A stretch of DNA of 64,000 nucleotides from the human T2T-CHM13v2.0 reference genome, Homo sapiens. Under the pieces are notes generated by a model. That model saw only the letters and a list, made by a program, of their open reading frames with translations. It was not told where the DNA came from and did not search any database. The translations under genes were made by a program, and so were the position numbers. The stretch lies in the NCBI RefSeq assembly GCF_009914755.1, contig NC_060927.1; one strand, given 5' to 3'. This document shows positions 43,637 through 58,934 of the stretch, one piece after another (within the stretch, counting starts at the first letter, position 1; each line of letters begins with the position of its first letter).

Positions 43637-43714
43637 CATTAGGATCTACCTCAAAGAAATACTTATTTCTGCCCTCATTAAGATCTACCTCAAATAAATA
43701 CTTATTTCTGGCTT
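43637..43714. repeat. 39-bp tandem duplication
   Basis: catta(g/a)gatctacctcaaa(g/t)aaatacttatttctg x2. Confidence 0.9.
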
Positions 43715-43754
43715 TGTCTATACTTCTCCCATCTTGACCCCATGGGACCATGTC

Positions 43755-44362
<608 letters not shown>

Positions 44363-45333
44363 AGGGACCATGTCTTAATATCCGGTGTAACCCCCTTTTA
44401 GGAAGAACCCGCCACTATGTCTTCCAAGATCGACCATAGAGTGTAGTTAATCAACTCAGAGGGAAAGCATCCAAGAAACAGCTACTTTCTCAGTACCACC
44501 ACATGCCAGACACTATGTTTGAAGCACAATATAGCTTGAACTTGAGACAAATGAGGTTTAAGACCTCCTGGAGCCCACATACTACCAGGAAACACTAACA
44601 AAAGCACATGGGAATGATTAACACACAGATGTAACCTAAGCACAAGGGGTCAGAAAAGATTTCGTGGAAGAAATGACCTGCAAGCCATTAAATTAGAAGT
44701 CGGTGGGTGTTAGCCAGGTAGAGAGCACTGGGTGGAGGGTGAGGGAAATGATCCTAGGATTTTCTGACAGCGCTGTTGGACAAAGCAGATAGGAGCAAGC
44801 ACAAATACCAGGCCTGAAAATAATCAATCTTCTGCCTTCTTCCATGACACTAAAAACATAACTTGGGAGTGCCAGGACTTCCAAAACCAAAACAGGGCCA
44901 AATAGATTGAGTAATACAGAAATAAAAGAATGCTATTACACTCTGCTAAGTGTCTCAATGGTGTAACTTAAGACAAAAACACTTGTTTTTCTATCAGTGA
45001 CAGGGAGAAAGGAGTGAGTTATTCACACTGACACTGCTTTTCTAAATTATCTGAGAAAATAGTACCATGAGAAACGAGGTCACCTGAGTTCACACACCAT
45101 AGCACTTGTCCTTAAACATCCACCCAACTCCTCCTTTAGAAATATAATTATCCTTAAAAATACAAGGTTAGTTTTGTTTATTCTTTCACTCCATAAACAC
45201 TTGAGGAAAGGGCACTAGAACAGAGTCACAAGACGCAGGTTCCGATCGGCACCGGGGCACCACTTTGCTATAGCCCTTTATTGTGTCTGTCTTATCTTCC
45301 CATGAGACTAGTGCATTAGTGCATTTGTAGTAA

Positions 45334-45880
<547 letters not shown>

Positions 45881-46175
45881 TCTGAAGCACTGTGCTTCCA
45901 CCCTTGTATTGGTGCGTAGCTGCATCTCACCGCCAGTTAGAAAAGGGTTTTCTCATTTCACCAGGGCCAGCTGAGTCTGTCTCAGGTGTGGCATCTTCCA
46001 GGATTCCATGCTCAACCTCAGGGAACCAGAATCTCAGCCTCTCCCCCAAAGAAGCCTACTCTCAAGAACACACCTGACACCGCAATCCATTCCCCAGTCC
46101 ACGTGGTTTGTTCTCACACCTGAATCAGAAGTCACTGCCTCCAACTGCTTCGCATCCATTTCAGAATAAAATCCA

Positions 46176-46449
46176 GGCTGGGTGCAGTGACTCATGCCTG
46201 TGATGCCAATATTTTGTGAGCCTGAGGCAGGAAGATCGCTTGAAGCCAGGAGCTTGTGACCAGCCTGGGCAACACGGCAAGATTCCATTACAATAAAAAA
46301 TTTAAAAAATTACGCAGGCATGGTGGCACACCCACCTGTGGTCCTAGCTGCTTGGGAGGCTGAGGTGGGAGGATCATCTGAGCCCAGGAATTTGAGGCTG
46401 CGGGGAGCTACAATTGCATCACTGCACTCCAGCCTAGATGGCAGAGAAC
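46176..46449 (+). mobile_element. AluJ within an L2 (L2 about 46080-47350)
   Basis: Dimer without an obvious tail; the L2 ends gcactcagcagatatgcgttgaatggatgaat. Confidence 0.85.
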
Positions 46450-46568
46450 AAAACCCAGTCCTTCGCCCCGGTATACAGGGTCCTGCTGACCCCCTAACCT
46501 CTCCCACACCATCCTCACTCCCTACCTCCTTCTCTAATAACCACATGGAGCCACACTGGTCTTTCTGA

Positions 46569-46994
<426 letters not shown>

Positions 46995-48983
46995 GAGGAT
47001 CATTCTTTAAGTCTTAAATAGAAAGTCACCTTTTCCAAGAGGCCTTCCCTGGCTAGACAGGCTTTCCCAAGGTCTGTGCTTTCCACTGTATCCTGTGTGA
47101 ACTCCCATTCCACGCAGATATCTTGTTCCTTCGTTTCACTTGCACTCTCTGCTTCTTTATACTAGAGGACAAACTCCAGGAGAACAGAGTTCTCCTGGTG
47201 GAGCTGTCATAGAGTTTGCCCTCTAGTAGAAAGAAGCCGAGAGGGCAAAGGTCTGTTTCCTGCCTTGCTATGCACTCCTCCTCCTGCCATCTACAGCACA
47301 ATGACTGTCACACAGCAGGCACTCAGCAGATATGCGTTGAATGGATGAATTACTAAATCTAAATATACCATGCTATCCTTCCATTGAATAAAAAGCTAAG
47401 AAAAAAGAAAACCTCACTCGAAGCTATAATGTAACAAGTTATAAATGCCAGAGTGATTTGCAAATGCACACGACAAGATCAGTTACAGAAATGATGAATC
47501 TAGGCTTGGAATTCAGGCATCAGAAATTGACTTGGGTTGAGGACTGGAAGAGATTCTCCCTTCTATGTCATAAATGACCCTTGAGAGGCCCACCTTGCCC
47601 CCTACAAAATATCTCAAACAATGTCTGAAAGGTAGGATCCTTAACTCTTGACTTCTTGAACTTCTTTTTAATGTCACTCACTCCCAGTGCCAGGTGCAAG
47701 AAGAAAAGTAGGTACTAAAATTGTCTGCACGCTGAGCTCCTCTACCCTGGACGACTCCGAAAAACCACTTGTAAGTATTCTATGTTAACCACAGTTCGTA
47801 ATTTTGTCACAGGTGTTTGACTAAAAAGGGGACAAAGCCTTTTAAGATAGTACACCCATATTATGTCATTGTGTATATTCCGGACCACACCTAAAAGCTG
47901 ACAAAATCTTTTCTTTCTATGCCATGGCAACCAGGAGAGTTAATGCTGCATGATTTTGCTAAGAGCATCCTATATGCTCCAAAATGTTCGCCTTTACAAA
48001 AAAAAACATGTTAAAGTAGAATTTTAACACAACTTGTCATAAAAGCTGACACTAGTACACTGGAGAGGAAACCAAATGACATGAGTTGTACCTGGCAGTT
48101 CAACAGAATATAGGATCAATACTCTTTGTAAGGCAGCCAAAGCATTGGTTAGAAGTTCAAGTGAGGAGGATGAAGTGAATGAATATTCAAAGTATACTAT
48201 ACCAAATGATTTTTCTATAGTTATAAAAAAATCATTAAAATGCACTAAGCTTCACAAAAAGCAGCATAGTGAGGTGACACTGGTGCCAGTCCTGGTTTGG
48301 ACATTAATTTACTTCTTGTGTGGCTTTGGAAAAGTCATGCACCCTCTCTGAAACACATTATCAGGAGAAGGTTTAATGAACTCGATCATCTCAAAGTTTC
48401 TTGCTAGTCCACATGCTTGTTGAGCCTATGAATGTTTCTGGACACGCATCTTAGGTGGAAAGACACAAAGAAAAGGGTGAACTCACCTCTACCCTGCTAA
48501 TGATAAAACAAATGCTCTGACAGCTGTCTTCTTGTAGCAAAGACAAAGGTGTGGAGTGGCTATACACTGGGGTTTGCTGAATCTTTTCAAATAAAGTTCT
48601 GTTTCTATATACTGCAGGAGGGTGAGTTGATGTAGTAATTACCTGTTACTCTTGACAAGTAAGGTAATTAATGTAGCAAAATACCACTGCAATGTGTGTA
48701 AATTTAGACCACCATAATTAAAGCACCCGTCTGTTCCACAAACTGTTCAATTAAGAAAAAATATTGACGGTGTACGTTTTTTGAAATTAAAAAACGTATG
48801 GAATGAATGAATCTCCCTTGGTTGACATCCGTTTCTAGAACGTGTTCTCAGCATCCATAAAGGCTATATAATGGAGTAACTTCCACTGAAACACAGAAGT
48901 ATTTCTGTACATCTACTATTAAGATAAGAGTCTCTTGTGGAAGTATTTTATTCAGAATTTGCATTCTATAAAACCTACATCTG

Positions 48984-49289
48984 GGCCATGCGTGGTGGCT
49001 CATGCCTGTAATCCCAGCACTTTAGGAGGCCGAGGCAGGCAGATCACTTGAGGTCAGGAGTTTGAGGCCAGCCTGGCCAACAAGGTGAAACCAGTTTGTA
49101 CTAAAAATACAAAAATTAGCTGGGTATGGTGGCACACACCTGTAATCCCAGCTACTTGGGAGGCTGAGGCAGAAGAATTGCTTGAACCTGGGAGAAAGAG
49201 GTTGTAGTGAGCCAAGAGTGCGCCACTAAACTCCAGTCTAGGTAACACAGCAAGAGACTCTGTCTCAAAAAAAAAAATAAAAATAAAAA
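48984..49289 (+). mobile_element. AluS
   Basis: Dimer with A-rich tail. Confidence 0.92.
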
Positions 49290-52059
49290 TATCTGTCAGA
49301 AAATGAATTCTAGGAGTATATGAACCCCAAAGCTATTGGAGGTAGCAAAAAGGTGAGAAATAATTATTGTGCAAGTATCCAAGTAACTATGCCTGTCCCA
49401 GTGTATCATAACCTGAAAGTAGCATTGTCTACTTGCCAATTTTAAAGAGCTGGAGACACTGAACACATGATGTGCTAGTAAAATAGCTGCAAAGCACCTG
49501 GTACTCTCTGAACAGATAGGCAATGGTATGAAAGTTGGCTTCACTACTCTTTTATTCTCATTCCTTCCTCTATCTACTAGCCATTTCCAGACCCAAATGT
49601 TAACATCTTGAACAAGAAGACTACCTGGCCTTTCACTCTATAGCAAAGTGTATCTCCCTGCTACTCTAGATGTTTAGATTTTCTAGGTTTATTCTAGATT
49701 TTCTACTCTAGGAAATCTAGACAATCTCTAGCCACGTCAAGAGTTAAATGCCCAAATAAATTAAACCAGAACTGCTGTAAGACTAAGGAGAGAAAAAAAT
49801 CTGTTACCAGTTCAGTAGAAAAGTGGTTACCTCTAAATGCATTCATAGTGGGTAGGGGGTTGGGAGGAAAAAACAGAAAAGAGCTTCTGATATCTATATG
49901 GTAAAGTAGAGAACTGGACAAGGGTTCTCACAGCTCATGCTGAGAAGAAAACCCAAGGGATTCCTCTCTTAATTCTTCCACTCAGATAAACTCAGAGAAG
50001 ACACAACAAATTGGCCTGAATAAAGAAACAGCTGGAATTCTGACAGACTAAACAGTGTGATATGAGCAAGAAATGGTATATGATTTTGGTGTTATTTAAT
50101 GATGTATATACACGTTTTGTTTCTTTTTCATTTTTCATATTTTTGTATAGCATACCTTACCTTAGGAAACGTAAACTCTAGAGGGGTAACTAAAAGGTAA
50201 CTTCAAGTGAATTCTCAGCTTAACATCCTGAAATTAAGTCCTAAATGTTCCATATCTGAGAACTTGGATGTATCCCCAAGTAAAGAATAAAGAGTACAAG
50301 GAGACATTCTAGACTGAAACACGTTGAGGAAATGAAATGGTTTCTCCAAGTCAAATACTCCAATTTCACATTTGGAAATAATAACAATGTCATTAAAAGA
50401 CAAGGATGGAGAAATCACTGTTCTAGTTGTTGATATAAACAAAGCTAGACATCATGACTTTTACAAAATCAGACGATTCCTTAGAAGGAAACGGACTTGG
50501 TAAAAGTCGCTTTACAGCTTTCATTATATGGTGTCACTGGAGTGTTAACCTTTAAAATGAGTATTTTTCAAAAATTGTATGGCTTCAAAAGAGGCTAACT
50601 CTATAGTATGGTAGGGATGGAGACATAAAGGAACATGATTTGGGGTTCTGATGTAAGATTCGTGGACTGCAAACTAAAATTTCTGACTTTCAAATGCTGA
50701 AGAACCATCCAAAGAACCAAGGAAGGTCAATACTGTTTTTGCTCACGGAGCAAATTTAAGAGAGATGAAATCCCCACAAGCATCTATTTCAAAGATTACA
50801 TCAAATGTCATTGATGGGCCATAATAATGTAACAAAACATTACTGAATTATTTCACCTCCATTCCATCATGTGATCCTCACAAACCACTGCAGTAAGATT
50901 AATCCCATCTTATAGACAAGCAAAGTAAGGCCCAGAAGCAGCTACATGATGTGGCTGAGTTCCCAAAAAGTTGCTGTACTGAAACAATTTATTCTTCATG
51001 GAATGGGATAAATACTTGTCTCCACTGAGTCCATTTACGGAGAATATGTCAATGATGTGTTTGCCTTAGTACTTACAGTTCAGACTTGTGTCTTAAAAAA
51101 TCTATCTTAAAATTACCAGTGATATTGGCTAGTACATTCAAAAGCAATGGTAGTATACATTGTTAAGGAATCACCGAAGATGAGAACAAAGATCTGGTTT
51201 CAAATTCTGGCTTATTCATTTAGTAGAAATACCAAATTGGAACTTGTGGCCATCTGAACTCAAAATAGCGTAAGAAGCCAATTAAGCCTAGAATTTGCTT
51301 TGCCCCAAAAGGGGGCTCACGGGAAACAACACCATCAGCTTCAATTTTCCACTTTACATAAATCAGTTCTTTGTTTAACTTCCTCTTAGCCTTTTCCTCT
51401 TAACCCCTCGATGGCATCACACCATGGTCCCCTTTCATCTGACAGACAGAATCTGAGAACCATGGAGTTGGAGGATGATTTTTACACATCATGTACATTC
51501 TCCAGAATGTAGAAACTGATGCGAGAAATTGAAAAAAGGTGAGGGTATACAAAGAAGCAAAGATAAAGAATTATCACAATTATACCTATCATATGTATTC
51601 TTTTTTTTTAACCTACAGAAACTCAAAAGTGAGCAAAATGCAAAATTGAGTCTTCATCTTTTTTTATTCTCAAAATTAATAAAAACTGGAGAAAAAAACT
51701 AAATGGTGACTAGGTGAGCAAGTGCAACTGAACTGATGTTAAGGTGTTAAAACGTGAGTCAATGTTTCCTTGGTTTAAGCAAATTTAAGAGAGTTCAGCG
51801 GGCCACAGACTCACTGATGCGAAGGTACCCAAATTCTGTCATACATGTGAACTTCATGCATTATGGCCTCTTTACATAAGGGAAAATTATTTTAAACTGA
51901 ATATTAAAAATACCAAAAGGTAAAATGGATGTTTAAAGCGCTGTTTACTCCCAGAATTAAATGTCCTCTAATATTTAACTCCAGCTTAGGCATTCAGCAA
52001 AACAATACTTGGAAATATTTTTTATTTAATCAGGTATATAAATATCATGTAAAGGAAAT

Positions 52060-52320
52060 ATTACTTTGATGTGCCATGTGCTACACTAAGAACTATTTTT
52101 ACATAATCACATTCAACCAATGGCATTTGATAAACTATAATATTTTCAGTTCCTATAATGAGGTAAGTACTTTTTCATCCCCATCATCAGATGAGAAAAC
52201 TGAGGCTTAAAATACTAAATAACCCCCCCAAGGTCACCGAGTTCCTAAGTAGCTAAACCAGAATTTGAAACTAGATCTTTTTCCCAACTTGGGTAATTAT
52301 TTAACAACTATACTATCACA
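52060..52320 (-). mobile_element. MIR
   Basis: catcagatgagaaaactgaggctt...cccaaggtcac. Confidence 0.72.
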
Positions 52321-53001
52321 CTTCAGAACATATCAGCTAATATGCCTGGTGTAAGGTTTCTTGGTTCATGTTGATACTGGAAGGCAATGCAACTTGAAAA
52401 AACAACTTTGTTTTAAGAAGCTGTTTTGAAATTAAGAACATCTTTTGAGCTGGTAACACGAAGACATTATTTTTCACGTTACATTAATAATTGTTACCCT
52501 ATGAATGCTATGCACAAATGCTTCCTTGATACTGAAGATCACATTTTCCTCAGAATTTCCACAGTTTTTGTCTATCAGAATATAAAGCAAAATATTAGAA
52601 TATTGTGAACATCTAAATTCTTTTATCCCCCAGACATCTAAACTTATGAGATGAAGCCACACTGGTCCTGTTTTTTGTTTTTTGTTTTAAACAGAATTTT
52701 GTCAAGAAATAACTCAAAGATTCCTTTCCAAATCATATGCGAAAAGGGAATCAATACAGGCCAAGAAACAAAAAAAAAAAAAAAGCCTGTGTTTGAGATT
52801 TAACATCAGATGGACTAACACAAAGGAAGGCAAAAAGTGGGTGGATAAAGAGACTCTTTTCTGGGTCGCTAGCTTCTCTTCTTCCTTTTGCCAGGGGAGG
52901 GGAAATACTAGTATCAGTAACTAACAGAACAATACATAAATACCAAAGAAGGTACCGCTGGGGAGATGGATTAGTAATATACAGTATCATATACTATGAT
53001 A

Positions 53002-53598
53002 CAGTAGGGTCTGCTGTTATCCACGGGTTGTGCTTTCCAGGGTCTCAGTCACCCCCAGTCAACCAGGGTCTGAAAATATTAAATGGAAAATTCCATAAAT
53101 TTTCAATTGCCCACCATGCTGAGCAGCGTGAGGACATTTCTCCCTGTCCCACTCTGTCCTACCCACATGAGTCATTGCTTTGTCCAGGGTCTCCATGCTG
53201 TCTACACTGACTGTCCACTGGTCACTTAGTAGCCATATTGGTTGTCAGATCAACTATAATCATATCCCAGAGCTTGTGTTCAAGGTATCCTTATTTTACC
53301 TAATAATGGCCTCAAAGTCGAAGAGTAGTGATGCTGGCATATTGGTATAATTGTTTTATTTTAAATAAATTAAATATATATAATTGTTTTATTGTTTATA
53401 AATATAACTGTTATATTGTTTAATTTTATTATTAGTTATTATTAATTTGTTTCTGTACCTAAGTTATAAATTAAATCTTATCATATGTATGTATGTATAG
53501 GAAAAAACATAGCCCCTATAGGGTTTAGTACTATCTGTAGTTTTAGGCATTCACTGGGGGTCTTGGAATGTATCCCCCATGAATAATGGGGAACTATT
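53002..53598. mobile_element. MER44B-type (TcMar-Tigger) element
   Basis: cagtag...ttatccacgg left end, aagagtagtgatgctggca core, gggggtcttggaatgtatcccc right end. Confidence 0.78.
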
Positions 53599-54177
53599 TA
53601 CTATATGATACCATCAGAAAAAGGAAAGAGGGTCATGGATAAATTGGCAAAATATTTACGTTTTGGCTAACTTCTGGTCTCAGAACTTCTTCTTTTCCTT
53701 CTTCAGATATTTACTCCTTTGTAAAAATCAGCCATTCTTTCAGTCCTTCTTCCCTCTGCCCTCATTACTGATCTTGGTGGTTTTTAGTTAATGTTGAAAA
53801 CTCTTCCTTTCGCTGCCTCTCATTTCACTCATCTCTATTTGTATCTATATTTTCATGTTATCTGTGTGATGGTTGGGAGAACAACTGGGTAGAACAAGCA
53901 GACAATGGCAATATTTCCTAAGGCTCCAGACTTGAACCTCTAAGATGATTTTAGGTGGTACAGGCATAGCAACAAATTACACTGGACCGCATACTCAGGA
54001 AGTTGTTCTCTTTTCAATTCCACTTGAACCCTTCAAATTATGTCAAGGACAAAGTCTCATTTGGGTGCTGGTCTAATGCCTAACACATGTTAAAGTCCAT
54101 TTTTAACAAAGCGAGAACCTCTCCAGCTCAGTTATCTTAGGTAGAAGTAGGCAACTATAGGCAGCAAGAATTTCATA

Positions 54178-54523
54178 CCAGGGGTCAGCAAATTACAGTC
54201 CACGGGCCAAACCCAACCTGCTGATGATTTCTATACAGCCCACGAGCTAAGAATGAATTGTATGTTTTTAAATGGTTAGGGGAAAAAAAAAAATCTAAAG
54301 AAGAGGCAATATTTCATGAAATAAAAAAATTATATGAAAATCAAATTGCTGTGTCCATAAATGGAGTTTTGTTGGGACACCACCATTCCCATTCATCTAT
54401 GTATTGCTTCTTGCTGATCTGGGGCAATGTGGTGGAACTGAGTGGTTGCAACAAAGACCAGATGGCCTGTGAAGCCAAAAATATTTACTACCTGGCCTTT
54501 ACAAAAACAGTTTTCCCACTCCT
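54178..54523 (+). mobile_element. MER58B (hAT-Charlie), preceded by another Charlie-like fragment at about 53910-54170
   Basis: caggggtcagcaaa...cccacgagctaagaatg...aaaatatttactacctggcctttaca. Confidence 0.8.
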
Positions 54524-55800
54524 GTTTATACCATTGTTCTGGCTTCATAGTATTTACTTTAGGTAATCATCTAGCTGTGGCAACTGATACTATTTCTTTT
54601 AAGGAACAATGTAAAGCCTTCTTCTAGATAGACTAATTTATATTCTAACAAGTGAGGGGATTGCAGGGGATATAGAAGCAAATACAGTATAGGTGGTATT
54701 TAGATCAACATCGTGGAAAATACAAGGAAAATCTCCAAGAATGCCTGAGCATGGCAAAGTCTAAAGAATAATAAACCAAAAAGATGGGGGCGGGCAGGCA
54801 GGGAGGAGTTGGGATATAAAACCAAAGACTATGTAAATAAGACTTCCAGATGTAGCAATCTGTCTTTTAAGGTCAGAGTGGAGTCAGAAATGTGGACCCC
54901 TAGTGGACAGAGGTCAGGGAGACTACCCAAGAACATCAGGTTGGCCAGTCTCACCATGGTGAGCCGCAGGTTCTAATTTTACATCCACAATACCCTGACA
55001 CACTGGCCAAGAATTCCTAGTCTGGCAACTGGGAAGGCAGTAGATCCAAAACAACCAACGTTGTGTAAGTCAGGTAAAACAACAGCAAAGGCCAAGAGGC
55101 TCAGCATGAGCCTAGGCCAAAGGCTTCCCAGAAAATATTGCTTGGCAGGGTTATTGTAGCCAGTATAGTTTAAGAAGGCTCCCTTTGCTTTCTTTTCACT
55201 CTGATGGAAATGTTGTTTCTAAAATGCATTGAGCACGAAACATTTTCGGCAACTTAGAATAAGTTCACATTACCATCGACAACACTTTACACTCTTCAAT
55301 GTTTGATATGCACAATGTTTATTTTTTAACAATGAAGTTTCCTCCACAGTTTGACTATACTCTTTTTAGACATTTTTTTTTTTTTTTTTTTTTTTGCAAA
55401 ACAATCTTATGGTATTGTGTTTGCCTCTCATTACTCTTACTGAATATGCATCTCTTCTGTGGCCTTTCAACCAAACAATTTTCCCCCAAGACAGAATGGT
55501 TTTTTGCTGGTTCTGCTAACAACAATTTCTGTTGTTGAGTCATAGACGCTATCGTAGTAGTGTTAAAATGTATCATCTTTTTCTTTCCATATGATTAATG
55601 TTTTTAAAACATGCTAGTAAAACGTAAAACTTACCATATCTGGAAAAAAAGGGACTTGAAACATTGAATTTAAAATTTTGGAAATAAGAGTAGCACAAAT
55701 GAATGTCCTTTTTTCTTTTATCCACATCTGCACAACATTTGACCTGGTCGTCCCTTCTTACCTTCTTAGGTAAATTACAATTAGTTTTATCTGCTATTGA

Positions 55801-56486
<686 letters not shown>

Positions 56487-56673
56487 TAAGTTTCAGATTC
56501 TACCAACACTTATTTGTTACGTATTAATTCATAGGGAACATCTACCAAATTGCCAATCAGAGCTCACAGATTAAAATGTTTATGACCAAAAGCCAAGGAA
56601 ATTGACATTTGATTAACGTCAAAGTCTTATGCAAATGACTGAATTAACATTAGCCTTTAAAAATATGAAAACA

Positions 56674-56960
56674 GGCCCAGCTCACGCCTGTAAATGCAAT
56701 ACTTCAGAAGGCCTAGGCAGGCGAGTTTCTTGAGTCCAAGGCTTCAAGACCAGCCTGAGCAACATGGCGAGACCCTGTCTCTACAAAAAATCCAAAATAT
56801 TTTGGCTGGGCATGGTGGTGCACGCCTATAGTCCCAGCTACTTGGGAAGCGGAGGTGGGAGAATTGCTTGAGCCCAGGAGGTAGAGGCAGCACTGAGCCA
56901 TGATGGCACCCCTGCACTCCAACATGGGCGACAGGGACCTGTCTCCAAAACAAGAAAAAA
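56674..56960 (+). mobile_element. AluJ
   Basis: Degenerate dimer. Confidence 0.85.
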
Positions 56961-57503
56961 GGTGGGGAGGAAAAAAAAACAGGTCAATGAAATAACCATT
57001 TAAGGCTGTGTCCCCAGCATCTTGTCCTCTAAACTACTTCCAAACGGGACCAACTGACATATGGGAAGTCATGGGATTTTGCAGAAGTTGATTGCACCCC
57101 AGCTCCAGTGGCGGAAAACACATGGCCTAAAACATGCCAACTAATATATTCCATCTCCCTGGCCACAGGGAGGGTGGTATGTGGCAGAAACAAGTCCAAC
57201 TAGAGTTTCAAGAATTTTTCTGAAAATCCTAAGAAAATATTCCCTTTTCCACTCTCCTGCTTCACATGTGCAAGGAAATCTACAGCTTGACAGTTGCTAG
57301 GAATCATCTTAAGACTGCAAATAGGGCCACTCTGAAGATAAGCCAACACCATGAAAAGCAGAGCAGAGAGCTGGATCAAGTCTCTCCTGCAGCCTACCTA
57401 CTAAGGACTTGCCAGTGACACTCTTTAAGCCTGCCTTTACTGGACTTTCTGTTGAGTACAATCAAACTCATCCTAATTTAAATACTGAAAAACACCAGGA
57501 TAA

Positions 57504-57574
57504 CATCTTCTAATCCTTTGACGGCATCTTCTAATCCTTGGATGGCATCTTCTAATCCTTTGACGGCATCTCCT
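57504..57574. repeat. 21-bp minisatellite, about 3.4 copies
   Basis: catcttctaatcctt(t/g)ga(c/t)gg x3 plus a partial unit. Confidence 0.93.
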
Positions 57575-58612
57575 GGGGTTTGGGGATCCCAGGCCTTGGG
57601 AGCCACTGTTCTGATGAGAAATACATCTTACATATTTAGGTGTGGGTATGAGAACTTGAAAAATAACCAATAAGGGTGCACTTCAAGCTTGGTAGATGTT
57701 TTTCAGAGTTTTTGTAACACCAAGTCAGGAACATCACTGTGAAAACTATGAAAGATAACACCATCAGGAAACTGCCTGATGTTCCTCATCTAATTATGAG
57801 ATACCCATGCTGGCTGACATTATTATGGTAAACTGACATGAGAAGATGGGCCAGCTCCAGGTGGCTCTCTAACAGCAAATGCTTTCCGCTAGCTCTGCAT
57901 CAAACAGCACCACTTTACCCTTTCTTTGGCATCCTTAATTTCTAGGGGAAGGGGAAGAATTCATTATCAGAGAAGACTCGATTAAAGAATGACATATAAA
58001 GTGTTAAACTTTACAAGGAAGACTGCATAACCAATGGCAACAATAAAATGCTGTGAGGCTGAGATTTTGGTTTTGGGCCCTAGGATTTAGGGCAGACATT
58101 GTTGGTGTAGTATCAGAAAGTAAGTATCAATGAGAAAATGTTGGTATTTAGGGCATGCACTTTGAATCAACCTATTTGATTAAAGGGAAATACATGAAAA
58201 GAATAGAGGGTGGCAGGTCCAGTCAAAATAGGTAAAACCTTAATATGTCTTTTTCTATGCAAAGTAGCTTCAGTTTTTGCTACATTTATGGGAGAGAGAG
58301 TGGAGGGAGAAAAAGCAGGGGTGTCTGTGCACATGTACTTAACTAAAAAGATCATTTTACTAGTCAGCTCATCCTTGACACATCGCTTGAAACATGGAAG
58401 ACGAGGCCCCCTTGAACCTGGTTTGGAAGGAAATGGTGAGACAGAAAGAGAAAACTAAATTGCCGTTTTTAAGAAACATGAGTTGGTAACAGAAACCAGA
58501 AGAATGAGAGGTGAGAAGATAGATAAAAGAGGGTAAGTCAGGCAATTTGGAGGTCATGATGTATAGAGAAAGCTCTTCAGAGACAACTATGTATGTGCAA
58601 ACATACAAGGCT

Positions 58613-58934
58613 GGCGGGTGCGGTGGCTCACGCCTGTAATCCCAGCACTTTGGGAGGCTGAGGTGGGCGGATCACCTGAGGCAGGAGTCCCAGACCAGCC
58701 TGGCCAACGTGGTGTAACCCTGCCTCTACTAAAAATACAAAAAAATTAGCCAGGCATGGTGGTGTAAGCCTGTAGTCCCAGTTATGTGGGAGGCTGAGGC
58801 AGGAGAATCGCTTGAACCCCCAGAGGTGGAGGTTGCAGTGAGCTGAGATCGCCCGTTGCAATCTGGGCAACAGAGTGGGACTCCGTCTCAGCAAAACAAA
58901 CAAACAAACAAACAAACAAACCAACAAACAAACA
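58613..58934 (+). mobile_element. AluS with (CAAA)n tail (58892-58934)
   Basis: Dimer; tetranucleotide tail. Confidence 0.92.

Noticed and set aside
49665-49731. TCTAG-rich imperfect inverted repeat
   Set aside because: Low-complexity local duplications with several mismatches; no evidence of function
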